Of a stretch of 64,000 bases of DNA, positions 56,768-64,000 are shown in pieces. The stretch comes from Alphaproteobacteria bacterium (GTDB lineage Bacteria; Pseudomonadota; Alphaproteobacteria; Micavibrionales; Micavibrionaceae). The notes under the pieces were generated by a model. That model did no database searches and was not told where the DNA came from. It saw only the letters and a list, made by a program, of their open reading frames with translations. The translations under genes and the position numbers were made by a program. Position 1 is the first letter of the stretch. Each line of letters starts with the position of its first letter. The DNA lies in contig JAACPE010000003.1 in assembly GCA_009995595.1 (NCBI GenBank), forward strand, positions 12,871 to 76,870. Direction: 5' to 3'.

Positions 56768-56783
56768 AGCCATTTAAACGCCA
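56768..56783 (-). promoter_or_regulatory. Possible sigma54 promoter for flagellin paralogue 2
   Basis: The minus strand reads TGGCGT-TTAAA-TGGCT. The GG and GC dinucleotides are at the correct -24/-12 spacing, with 3 mismatches to the consensus. It lies about 32 nt upstream of the ATG, the same geometry as at paralogue 1. Confidence 0.4.
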
Positions 56784-56911
56784 ATCTTTTTATGGCGTTT
56801 GTGTCATACCAATGTCATGCTATGCATATATCATACCACTTGTTCATTATACTTTAAGTGGGATTAATAATGAATTAGCTATTCAAATCATGATGTTAAA
56901 GGAGTGCCCTT

Positions 56912-57169
56912 ATGTCCGATTCCCCAAGCCAAGTAAAAATTGCCGCAAAATATCCTGTTGAAGTGGAATTGGAGAAAGGCAAGCTCTACTCTTTTTGCAC
57001 CTGCGGTCATTCCAGTAAACAGCCCTTTTGCGATGGGGCGCACCGCGAAAAAGCGCCTGATTATAAATCTTTTAAATTCGAAGCCGAAAAAGACGGCAAG
57101 GTTTGGCTTTGTCAGTGCAAACAAACAGGCGGTCAGCCTTTCTGTGATGGAGCGCATAAAAAACTATAA
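56912..57169 (+). CDS. CDGSH iron-sulfur domain protein (two CDGSH motifs)
   Basis: CTCGHSSKQPFCDGAH and CQCKQTGGQPFCDGAH. Confidence 0.85.
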   Translation: MSDSPSQVKIAAKYPVEVELEKGKLYSFCTCGHSSKQPFCDGAHREKAPDYKSFKFEAEKDGKVWLCQCKQTGGQPFCDGAHKKL

Positions 57170-57897
57170 TGACGCTCAAAAAAATAAGACCCCACCAGCT
57201 TGTGCCACTTGATATATTTGAAGGCATTGAGCCCGTTAAAATTGATGTGGTTTATAAAAATGCCGATCACAAAGATAATATTTTTGGAAAAATATACCAT
57301 GATCAGGCGCGGCTTTGGGTGTTTCATGATTTAGCACTCATTACCATTAAGGCAGCAAGGATAGTTAAGAAACGCTACGGCTTGAATTTATTAATATATG
57401 ATAGCTTACGCACCGTTGATTCCCAAAAAGTGATGCAGGAAACGCCTATTGTTAAAGCGCATCCTGAATGGATGATAGAGCCGCGTATGCTCGCACCGCC
57501 CGGCGCTGGCGGTCATCCGCGCGCCATGGCGATTGACCTCACCTTGATTAATCATAAGGGTGAGTTAGTCGACATGGGCACACCTTTTGATGGTATGGAG
57601 AAGAGCTCTTGGCGACATTACAAAGGCTTGAGTGACGACATTTTAAACAACCGAAAAATACTTGAGGACGCCATGTTGGAGGCCGCTCGCATTTTTAATC
57701 TGCCCCTTTTGCCCATCCCTCAAGAATGGTGGGATTTCAGATTTCCACCAGAAACATATAATCAATACGCCCCTTTAAGCGATGCGGACTTGCCGCCACA
57801 AATGCGTATGACCACCCGTGAAGGGCCCGATATTGAAGATTTGCCGCCTACGGCTTTTGAAAATCTAAAAAAGGATATACTTCAAAGCCTGAATTGA
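57169..57897 (+). CDS. M15D D-alanyl-D-alanine dipeptidase (VanX/DdpX-like)
   Basis: LLIYDSLRT, GGHPRAMAIDLTLINHKGELVDMGTPFD and EWWDFR align with the DdpX/VanX motifs. The ATG overlaps the CDGSH stop (TAATG). Confidence 0.85.
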   Translation: MTLKKIRPHQLVPLDIFEGIEPVKIDVVYKNADHKDNIFGKIYHDQARLWVFHDLALITIKAARIVKKRYGLNLLIYDSLRTVDSQKVMQETPIVKAHPEWMIEPRMLAPPGAGGHPRAMAIDLTLINHKGELVDMGTPFDGMEKSSWRHYKGLSDDILNNRKILEDAMLEAARIFNLPLLPIPQEWWDFRFPPETYNQYAPLSDADLPPQMRMTTREGPDIEDLPPTAFENLKKDILQSLN

Positions 57898-57911
57898 TTA
57901 AAACGCTTGGC

Positions 57912-58832
57912 ATGGAGATTTTTAGTGACATATCAGCAATACCGCACCACGCCAAAGGCAGCGTAATTGCGATTGGTAATTTTGATGGTGTTCATAAAGG
58001 GCATCAAGAATTAATTAAACAGGCGAGCCATATAGCCAAAGAGCATGGCTGTCAGCTCGGCATTTTAACGTTTGAGCCCCATCCGCGCCGGCTTTTTCAG
58101 CCCGATCAACCACCAGGGCGCATCACCCCTGCCGCCATGAAGGCAAGGCGTTTGAGCGCGCAAGGAGCAGATTACTTATTCTCCCTTCCTTTTGATTGGG
58201 AATTTGCAAGCCAGACAGCGGAAGACTTTATCCAAAACGTGCTTCTTAATGGGCTGAAGGCCGCACACGTTGTTGTGGGCGAAAACTTTTGTTTTGGACA
58301 ATTGCGTAAGGGCTCACCAGCGACAATTAAAGAGGCAGGAATAAAAGTAACACTTGTTGCCCCAGTATTAGACAGCCTGAATGAGGTGATTTCCTCTAGC
58401 CGAACGCGCGAAGCCCTTCGCACTGGACAAATTGAGAAGGCTAATGCCTTGCTCGGATGGGAATGGGAAATTGAAGGAATTGTTTTTCGTGGGGATCGCC
58501 GCGGGCATGAACTGGGCTATCCGACCGCCAATATTTTGATGAAAGACACCATTCACCCCGCTTATGGTATTTATGCCACGCGTGTACAGATTGAAGGTGA
58601 AGATGAATGGCATCCTGCGGCAACAAATATTGGAATCCGGCCGATGTTTGAAGTGAAAGAAGGGCAAGTTGAGGCGCATATCCTTAATTTCCCCGATCGT
58701 GATATTTACGATAAAACCATCCGAGTGCGCCCTATTAAGCGCCTTAGAGGGGAGGCAAAGTTTAACTCGCTTGATGATTTAATCATCCAAATGGAAAAAG
58801 ATTGTACCAAAGCACTTGAAATTTTGTCATAA
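57912..58832 (+). CDS. ribF: Bifunctional riboflavin kinase / FMN adenylyltransferase
   Basis: IGNFDGVHKGH motif and a C-terminal riboflavin kinase domain (GYPTANI). I prefer ATG 57912 over TTG 57894. Confidence 0.9.
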   Translation: MEIFSDISAIPHHAKGSVIAIGNFDGVHKGHQELIKQASHIAKEHGCQLGILTFEPHPRRLFQPDQPPGRITPAAMKARRLSAQGADYLFSLPFDWEFASQTAEDFIQNVLLNGLKAAHVVVGENFCFGQLRKGSPATIKEAGIKVTLVAPVLDSLNEVISSSRTREALRTGQIEKANALLGWEWEIEGIVFRGDRRGHELGYPTANILMKDTIHPAYGIYATRVQIEGEDEWHPAATNIGIRPMFEVKEGQVEAHILNFPDRDIYDKTIRVRPIKRLRGEAKFNSLDDLIIQMEKDCTKALEILS

Positions 58833-58900
58833 TTTTCTTGTAATGATTACCATAATAAAATAGAACATCTCTCATAAAAAATAATTATAGGGTGTGTCTT

Positions 58901-59572
58901 ATGTTTCAACAAATCGCTGATCGTTTTTCAAGTGCCATCAAATATGCGCAAGTAGGCGCTCTTAAGGAAGCTTTTGAAATCATTCTTTTTGGTGATTTTG
59001 AGGATGACCCATCTGTCGATACCCAAAATCCCATTATACAAAATGAGAATTTTTATGCCCTCATAAATGATATAGGCCTCCAAATCCCAGATAGCGATTT
59101 TGACCCCGGGCATCACGTTAAATATGATTTAGGCGATTGCGATCAAATGACTTTGCATATTGATACATCAGATAAATTTCCCTCTGTCTCGCTTTTTTTA
59201 TCGGGCAGAACCGTGAATGCCTATTTAGCCATTCGTCAAAATCCAGAAACAAATCTTTATCAGGTCGATCAAGCGCTTATTGGTTTAACAAACCCACAAA
59301 ATGATGAAGATGACGCGTCATACCCTATCCCGACTGAGGATTACCCAGAGGGCAGAGAATTGCTTGGGGCTTTTTTAAGCGCCTTTGCAACATGTGCAAA
59401 TCATACTGTGCATGATGATTGGAAAATATCACCGCAATTGGCTGAATCAAATCTTGTGAAGGGCTTTAATCCTATCATACGAAGAATTGAGGAAATTGAT
59501 GCCGAGGCTGAGCGGAAACAGGCCCAAGAGGCGTATGAAGCGCGCCTAAATAAACCCACGGCCACGCCTTAA
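58901..59572 (+). CDS. Hypothetical acidic protein
   Basis: About 223-aa ORF from ATG 58901. No motif recognised. Confidence 0.45.
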   Translation: MFQQIADRFSSAIKYAQVGALKEAFEIILFGDFEDDPSVDTQNPIIQNENFYALINDIGLQIPDSDFDPGHHVKYDLGDCDQMTLHIDTSDKFPSVSLFLSGRTVNAYLAIRQNPETNLYQVDQALIGLTNPQNDEDDASYPIPTEDYPEGRELLGAFLSAFATCANHTVHDDWKISPQLAESNLVKGFNPIIRRIEEIDAEAERKQAQEAYEARLNKPTATP

Positions 59573-59696
59573 GGCATTGATTTTTTTATTAAATTAAAAT
59601 AATCCACAGACCTGTGGAAAACATTTGACATAGCAGGTCAAAAATGACACTTTGCGCGGCCTTTAAAAAGAACAAATAGAGAAAAACTTTAAGATA

Positions 59697-60134
59697 ATGA
59701 AACAAATAACACCCGCTTCAGCGCTAAAAACAGCTGCTACATTGGTACCAGATGACCCTATAGCTGATGCGCCTTTGGGCAGAGTGATACAATTATTCCC
59801 TCCTCAAAGTATTGTCGACACAGTAGATACACAAACGGCGCTTTCGGCATTATTCGGTATTCCTGCAAATAATGGAGAATTAAAACAACATCAATTTGAG
59901 AGACAAAAAGCGCTGCAAGACGCTGTGATCGCTTTTTCTCAAGCTGTTTTAACAGAAATCAAACCAATTATAGCTGTCAGGGATTTGCCACTCCAAATCA
60001 TGCAACAACAGCAGCAAAGAGGGAGCTTGCTTAAAATGACGCCAGATGAGCGAGCAGCGTTGCAAGAAAGGCAAATCAATGCGCAAAGAGCACTGTTGAG
60101 CGATAATCGTACCGCGCTACGAAAAAGCTTTTAA
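59697..60134 (+). CDS. Hypothetical protein
   Basis: 145-aa ORF followed by a strong terminator. No motif recognised. Confidence 0.45.
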   Translation: MKQITPASALKTAATLVPDDPIADAPLGRVIQLFPPQSIVDTVDTQTALSALFGIPANNGELKQHQFERQKALQDAVIAFSQAVLTEIKPIIAVRDLPLQIMQQQQQRGSLLKMTPDERAALQERQINAQRALLSDNRTALRKSF

Positions 60135-60146
60135 ATAAATTTATAA

Positions 60147-60170
60147 AGCGTCTGCACAGACGCTTTTTTT
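60147..60170 (+). terminator. Rho-independent terminator
   Basis: AGCGTCTG-CA-CAGACGCT followed by TTTTTTT. Confidence 0.8.
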
Positions 60171-60188
60171 ACCTCTATAGTCTTTGGC

Positions 60189-61118
60189 ATGATTGATATT
60201 ATTTCCCTTCTGATAGCCAATATTATTCCCCTTTATATCCTGATTGCCCTTGGCTATATCGCGGGGCGGTGGATGGATGTGAATTTGCCGTCTATGGCGA
60301 CCATAGCCATTTATATTCTTGCGCCAATTGTAAACTTTGGGGCGATGGCGCAGATGAATTTTACCCCTGAATATGTGGCATTACCGATCATATTCTTTTT
60401 AGGCTCATGCACGATCGGGCTTATTAGCTATAATATAGCGATACGCGTTTGGAAGAACAACACCGCCAATCTTATTGGCATGGGGTCTGTTACGGGCAAT
60501 ACCATGTATTTTGGCCTGCCCGTTATCCTTGCGCTCCTTGGCCCAGAGTGGGTTGGGGTTTATGCGCTTTTAAACCTTGGGACGTTTTTAAATGAAATTG
60601 GCCTTGGCTATTTCTTTGGTGCGCGGGGCAATGCGACGCTAAAAGGTGCGCTCTTAAAAGTCATTAAACTGCCCGTTATTCATGCAATATGGCTGGGGCT
60701 TTTATATAATCTGAGTGGGTTGCCGCTTCCCTCCTCTTTCACTCGGTATTGGGATTATAGTATTGGCGCATGGGTGATTATTGGGATGATGATTATTGGC
60801 GTGGCGCTGTCCAAACAATCTAAATTGGAGATTGATTGGAAATTAGTGGCGAGCATGTTTGCGCCCAAATTCGTCCTCTGGCCGCTTTTTGGGCTCATGG
60901 TAATTATCCTTGATCGCCTTTATTTTGGGGCGTTCCCGCGTGAAGTCCATTTGATGTTGGCGGTGATGACCACTGTCCCACTGGCAGGGAATTTGGTGGC
61001 CTATGCCGCGACCTTAAACCTGCATCCTGAACGCGCAGCGGCAACAGTGTTACTCAGCACCATTTTCGCGTTTTTAAGCGTCCCTTCAGCCGTTGTTTTA
61101 TTTGAATACTTCTATTAA
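60189..61118 (+). CDS. AEC-family (auxin efflux carrier-like) transporter
   Basis: 309 aa with about 10 TM helices. Typical N-terminus MIDIISLLIANIIPLYILIALGYIAGR. Confidence 0.8.
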   Translation: MIDIISLLIANIIPLYILIALGYIAGRWMDVNLPSMATIAIYILAPIVNFGAMAQMNFTPEYVALPIIFFLGSCTIGLISYNIAIRVWKNNTANLIGMGSVTGNTMYFGLPVILALLGPEWVGVYALLNLGTFLNEIGLGYFFGARGNATLKGALLKVIKLPVIHAIWLGLLYNLSGLPLPSSFTRYWDYSIGAWVIIGMMIIGVALSKQSKLEIDWKLVASMFAPKFVLWPLFGLMVIILDRLYFGAFPREVHLMLAVMTTVPLAGNLVAYAATLNLHPERAAATVLLSTIFAFLSVPSAVVLFEYFY

Positions 61119-61162
61119 GAGCAGCCTTGATTTAAAAGCCATTTTCGCCCATATTCGCGGGC

Positions 61163-64000
61163 ATGAGCGATATACAAGACAATAAAGATAAATTCAAAGA
61201 CACCGTCTTTTTACCCAAAACAGAATTTCCGATGCGCGGTAATTTACCAGCGGCAGAGCCAGAAATGGTTCAACTGTGGAAAGATATGGATTTATACGCG
61301 AAAATTCGCGCCAAAAGCGCAGGGAAGCCACGCTGGATTTTGCATGATGGCCCGCCTTATGCGAACGGTAACATCCATATGGGTCATGCGCTGAATAAAA
61401 TTCTTAAAGATGTGATTAACAAAAGCTGGCAGATGATGGGCTATGACGCGCCGTACGTTCCCGGATGGGATTGCCATGGCCTTCCGATTGAATGGAAAAT
61501 CGAAGAAAAATACCGCGCCGAAGGGAAAGACAAAGACGAAGTTGATCCAATTGATTTTCGGGGGGAATGCCGTGAATTTGCCCAAAGCTGGGTTGATATA
61601 CAGGCCGAGCAGTTTCAGCGCCTTGGTGTGATCGGGGATTGGAAAAACCCCTACCGCACGATGACCAAACCCGCCGAAGCCCAAATTGCGCGGGAGATTC
61701 ACAAATTCGCGCTCAATCGTGGTTTATACAAGGGGCTGAAACCCGTCATGTGGTCAACGGTGGAGAAAACTGCCCTCGCCGAGGCGGAAGTGGAATATCA
61801 TGAGCATAAATCCATCACCATCTGGGTGAAGTTTCCTGTTATGAACTCCTTCAACCCCGCCCTTGAAGGGGCAAGCATTGTGATCTGGACAACCACACCA
61901 TGGACCATGCCATCCAACCGCGCCATTGCGTGCGGTGCAGAGATTGATTATGGCGTTTATCAGATTTCTGCCGTTGCCGATGACAGTAAAATTATAGTCG
62001 GCGATAAATTAGTGATTGCCAATAAACTTGTTGATGATGTCAAAGAAAAAGCAAAAATTACAGATGCTATAAAATTGGCTGATTTTAAAGGGTCCGACAT
62101 TGCAGGAGCAATATGCGCCCACCCGCTACGCGGTCAGGGCTATGACTTTGACGTCCCCGTCCTGCTTGCAGACTTTGTCGAAGATACAGCAGGGACAGGG
62201 TTCGTGCATATTGCCCCGTCCCATGGAGCGGATGATTTTAATCTTGTGCAATCTTACAATACTCTAAAAGAGCACGGCCAAAGCATTATTCAAAATGGCT
62301 GGGTAAATGAAACTATTCAGCCTTTAGACTTTATAATACAAATTACTGATTTTGTCACGGATGACGGGAAATTCCGTGAAACTGTTCCCCTGTTCGGCGG
62401 GATGGAAATTTACGACAAAAACGGCAAGATGGCAGAGGGAAACTTCGCCCCGATCAGAGCAATTGACGAGGCGGGAATGTTGGTTGCCAAAGGCTCCCTC
62501 AAGCATGAGTATCCACATAGCTGGCGCTCCAAGGCACCCGTTATTTTCCGCGCCACACCACAATGGTTTATCGCGATGGATGTTAGTTTTAGAACAGACC
62601 GCAACGACTCTTCAGCAAGAACATTGAGAGAGAGATCTCTGCAAGCGATTAAAGATACAAACTGGTATCCTGCCAAGGGACAGGCTCGAATTACTGCCAT
62701 GATTGAAGGGCGCCCTGATTGGTGTATTTCGCGCCAACGGGCGTGGGGGGTTCCGATCGCGCTTTTTATCTCAAAATCCAATGGCGAGGTGTTGAACGAT
62801 GAAGCGGTTTTCAATCGTATTGCCGATGCGTTTGAAGTGGACGGCGCCGATGCGTGGTGGTCCCGCGACCCACAGGAATTTTTAGGCAGCGCGTATAAAG
62901 CCGATGACTATGAGCAGATTTTTGACATTGTTGATGTTTGGTTTGAATCAGGATCGACACATAGCTTTGTTGTTGATGCCCGGCAAGACCTTGGCAATGG
63001 TGAAGACAAGCAGGTTGATCTTTATCTTGAAGGATCAGACCAGCACCGTGGTTGGTTCCATTCGTCCCTTCTTGAGTCCTGCGGCACAAAAGGGCGCGCG
63101 CCTTATAAAAATGTGCTGACCCATGGATTTGTCCTCGATGAAAAGGGCTATAAGATGTCCAAATCATTGGGCAATGTTGTTGACCCGCTTAAAATTATGG
63201 ATCAAACGGGGGCGGATATCTTGCGCCTTTGGACGATGACATCGGATTACGCCGAAGATATTCGTATTGGTAAAGACACGCTCAAAAACACATCGGACAT
63301 GTATCGCCGCCTACGTAATACGTTGCGCTTTTTATTGGGCGCGATTGATGGATATACGCAAGCGGAAGCGGTTGCGCTTCATAGCAAAGAAGATGTCCAA
63401 AAATTACCCGAGCTTGAGCAATGGATGTTAAACCGCCTCGCCGAAATGGATTCCCAAATTCGTGGGTTTATCGAAAATTACGATTACGGGAAGATGGCCA
63501 AGCTCCTTTATAATTTTTGCAACGAGGATTTAAGCTCATTCTATTTTGACATTCGTAAAGACCGTCTGTATTGCGATGCGCCCGATAGTTTTGATCGCCG
63601 CGCCGCGCGCACCGTCATGGCCACAATTTTTGATTGTCTGGTCGCATGGCTTGCCCCTGTTCTCTCTTTCACCACAGAAGAAGCATGGAGCCATAGACCA
63701 ACCGGCGTTTTTGAAGATGTTGACAGTGTACATTTACGTGAGTTTACTGCTGTCCCAGCGATTTGGAAGAATGAATCTCTTACTAAGAAATGGCTTATTA
63801 TAAGCGGCGTTCGTGATGGAGTGTTGCACACTCTGGAGCAAATGCGTACTCAGAAAAAAATTACATCATCTCTGGAGGCGGTTCCACATATAGCTTTTAC
63901 TAGAAAACAAAAAGAAGCTTTTAGCAGCCTAACAAAAAACGAGATTGCTGATATATTTATAACTTCTGAAGTCATAATTATCGATGAAGTATTAGAAGAT
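61163..64000 (+). CDS. ileS: Isoleucine--tRNA ligase (3'-truncated by the window edge)
   Basis: Hand translation from ATG 61163 gives MSDIQDNKDKFKDTVFLPKTEFPMRGNLP...PPYANGNIHMGHALNK (HIGH motif) and THGFVLDEKGYKMSKSLGN at 63119 onward (KMSKS motif). The frame stays open to position 64000 (946 codons). It is absent from the ORF track. Confidence 0.95.
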   Translation, partial: MSDIQDNKDKFKDTVFLPKTEFPMRGNLPAAEPEMVQLWKDMDLYAKIRAKSAGKPRWILHDGPPYANGNIHMGHALNKILKDVINKSWQMMGYDAPYVPGWDCHGLPIEWKIEEKYRAEGKDKDEVDPIDFRGECREFAQSWVDIQAEQFQRLGVIGDWKNPYRTMTKPAEAQIAREIHKFALNRGLYKGLKPVMWSTVEKTALAEAEVEYHEHKSITIWVKFPVMNSFNPALEGASIVIWTTTPWTMPSNRAIACGAEIDYGVYQISAVADDSKIIVGDKLVIANKLVDDVKEKAKITDAIKLADFKGSDIAGAICAHPLRGQGYDFDVPVLLADFVEDTAGTGFVHIAPSHGADDFNLVQSYNTLKEHGQSIIQNGWVNETIQPLDFIIQITDFVTDDGKFRETVPLFGGMEIYDKNGKMAEGNFAPIRAIDEAGMLVAKGSLKHEYPHSWRSKAPVIFRATPQWFIAMDVSFRTDRNDSSARTLRERSLQAIKDTNWYPAKGQARITAMIEGRPDWCISRQRAWGVPIALFISKSNGEVLNDEAVFNRIADAFEVDGADAWWSRDPQEFLGSAYKADDYEQIFDIVDVWFESGSTHSFVVDARQDLGNGEDKQVDLYLEGSDQHRGWFHSSLLESCGTKGRAPYKNVLTHGFVLDEKGYKMSKSLGNVVDPLKIMDQTGADILRLWTMTSDYAEDIRIGKDTLKNTSDMYRRLRNTLRFLLGAIDGYTQAEAVALHSKEDVQKLPELEQWMLNRLAEMDSQIRGFIENYDYGKMAKLLYNFCNEDLSSFYFDIRKDRLYCDAPDSFDRRAARTVMATIFDCLVAWLAPVLSFTTEEAWSHRPTGVFEDVDSVHLREFTAVPAIWKNESLTKKWLIISGVRDGVLHTLEQMRTQKKITSSLEAVPHIAFTRKQKEAFSSLTKNEIADIFITSEVIIIDEVLED

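Noticed and set aside
61292-63831. Series of minus-strand and out-of-frame ORFs (61292..61702, 62324..62563, 62410..62814, 62811..63167, 63536..63733, 63541..63831, and 62352..62627+, 62904..63119+, 63546..63803+)
   Set aside because: All lie inside the uninterrupted ileS reading frame. Their translations are Arg/Cys/His-rich and look like antisense artefacts.
1-64000. CRISPR arrays, rRNA genes, prophage structural genes and toxin-antitoxin pairs
   Set aside because: A scan by eye found no regularly spaced repeats, no rRNA-like sequence and no phage or TA-like gene pairs.

Overview
This 64-kb window is densely coding chromosomal DNA from a Gram-negative proteobacterium. The Bradyrhizobium-type flagellins, a Sua5-type TsaC, a fused CysNC and an FeS-BCP photolyase point to an alphaproteobacterium, but that is inference only. 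I support about 58 protein genes, one tRNA-Met(CAU), several intrinsic terminators and a few regulatory motifs. I saw no rRNA, CRISPR array, IS element, transposase or integrase.

Housekeeping genes present are mnmC (left edge, missing from the ORF track), dcp, argH, tsaC/sua5, anmK, tyrS, bcp, a nifS-like desulfurase plus ferredoxin, mnmA, ribF and ileS (right edge, missing from the ORF track).

Accessory or envelope modules:
- a hydroxylase-gmd-fcl operon
- an SDR / FeS-BCP photolyase / DUF2256 operon; the DUF2256 gene is a 51-aa ORF below the track threshold
- a ugd-cysD-GNAT-cysNC-cysQ operon (PAPS supply)
- a tonB-exbB-exbD unit divergent from a TonB-dependent receptor, with two Fur-box-like sites between them
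- an Allochromatium-like class III PHA cluster (phaB-phaP-phaR-phaB2 divergent from phaE-phaC-phaA)

Most interesting candidates:
1. An uncharacterised chaperone-usher-like fibre locus (14.2-20.7 kb) with DUF4402-type subunits and an atypical giant outer-membrane protein.
2. A low-GC gene for a divergent glutamyl-tRNA-reductase-like protein that keeps the catalytic Cys motif but has no NADPH glycine loop.
3. An AT-rich islet next to the tRNA-Met gene, holding a leaderless trypsin-like protease and a 580-bp non-coding stretch with a reiterated 8-mer.
4. Two orphan flagellin paralogues with different inserted beta-sandwich domains (one LamG-like) behind sigma54-type promoters.
5. A window-wide excess of proteins ending in -Lys-Ala-Ala.

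All domain calls come from reading motifs by eye. No database search was run.
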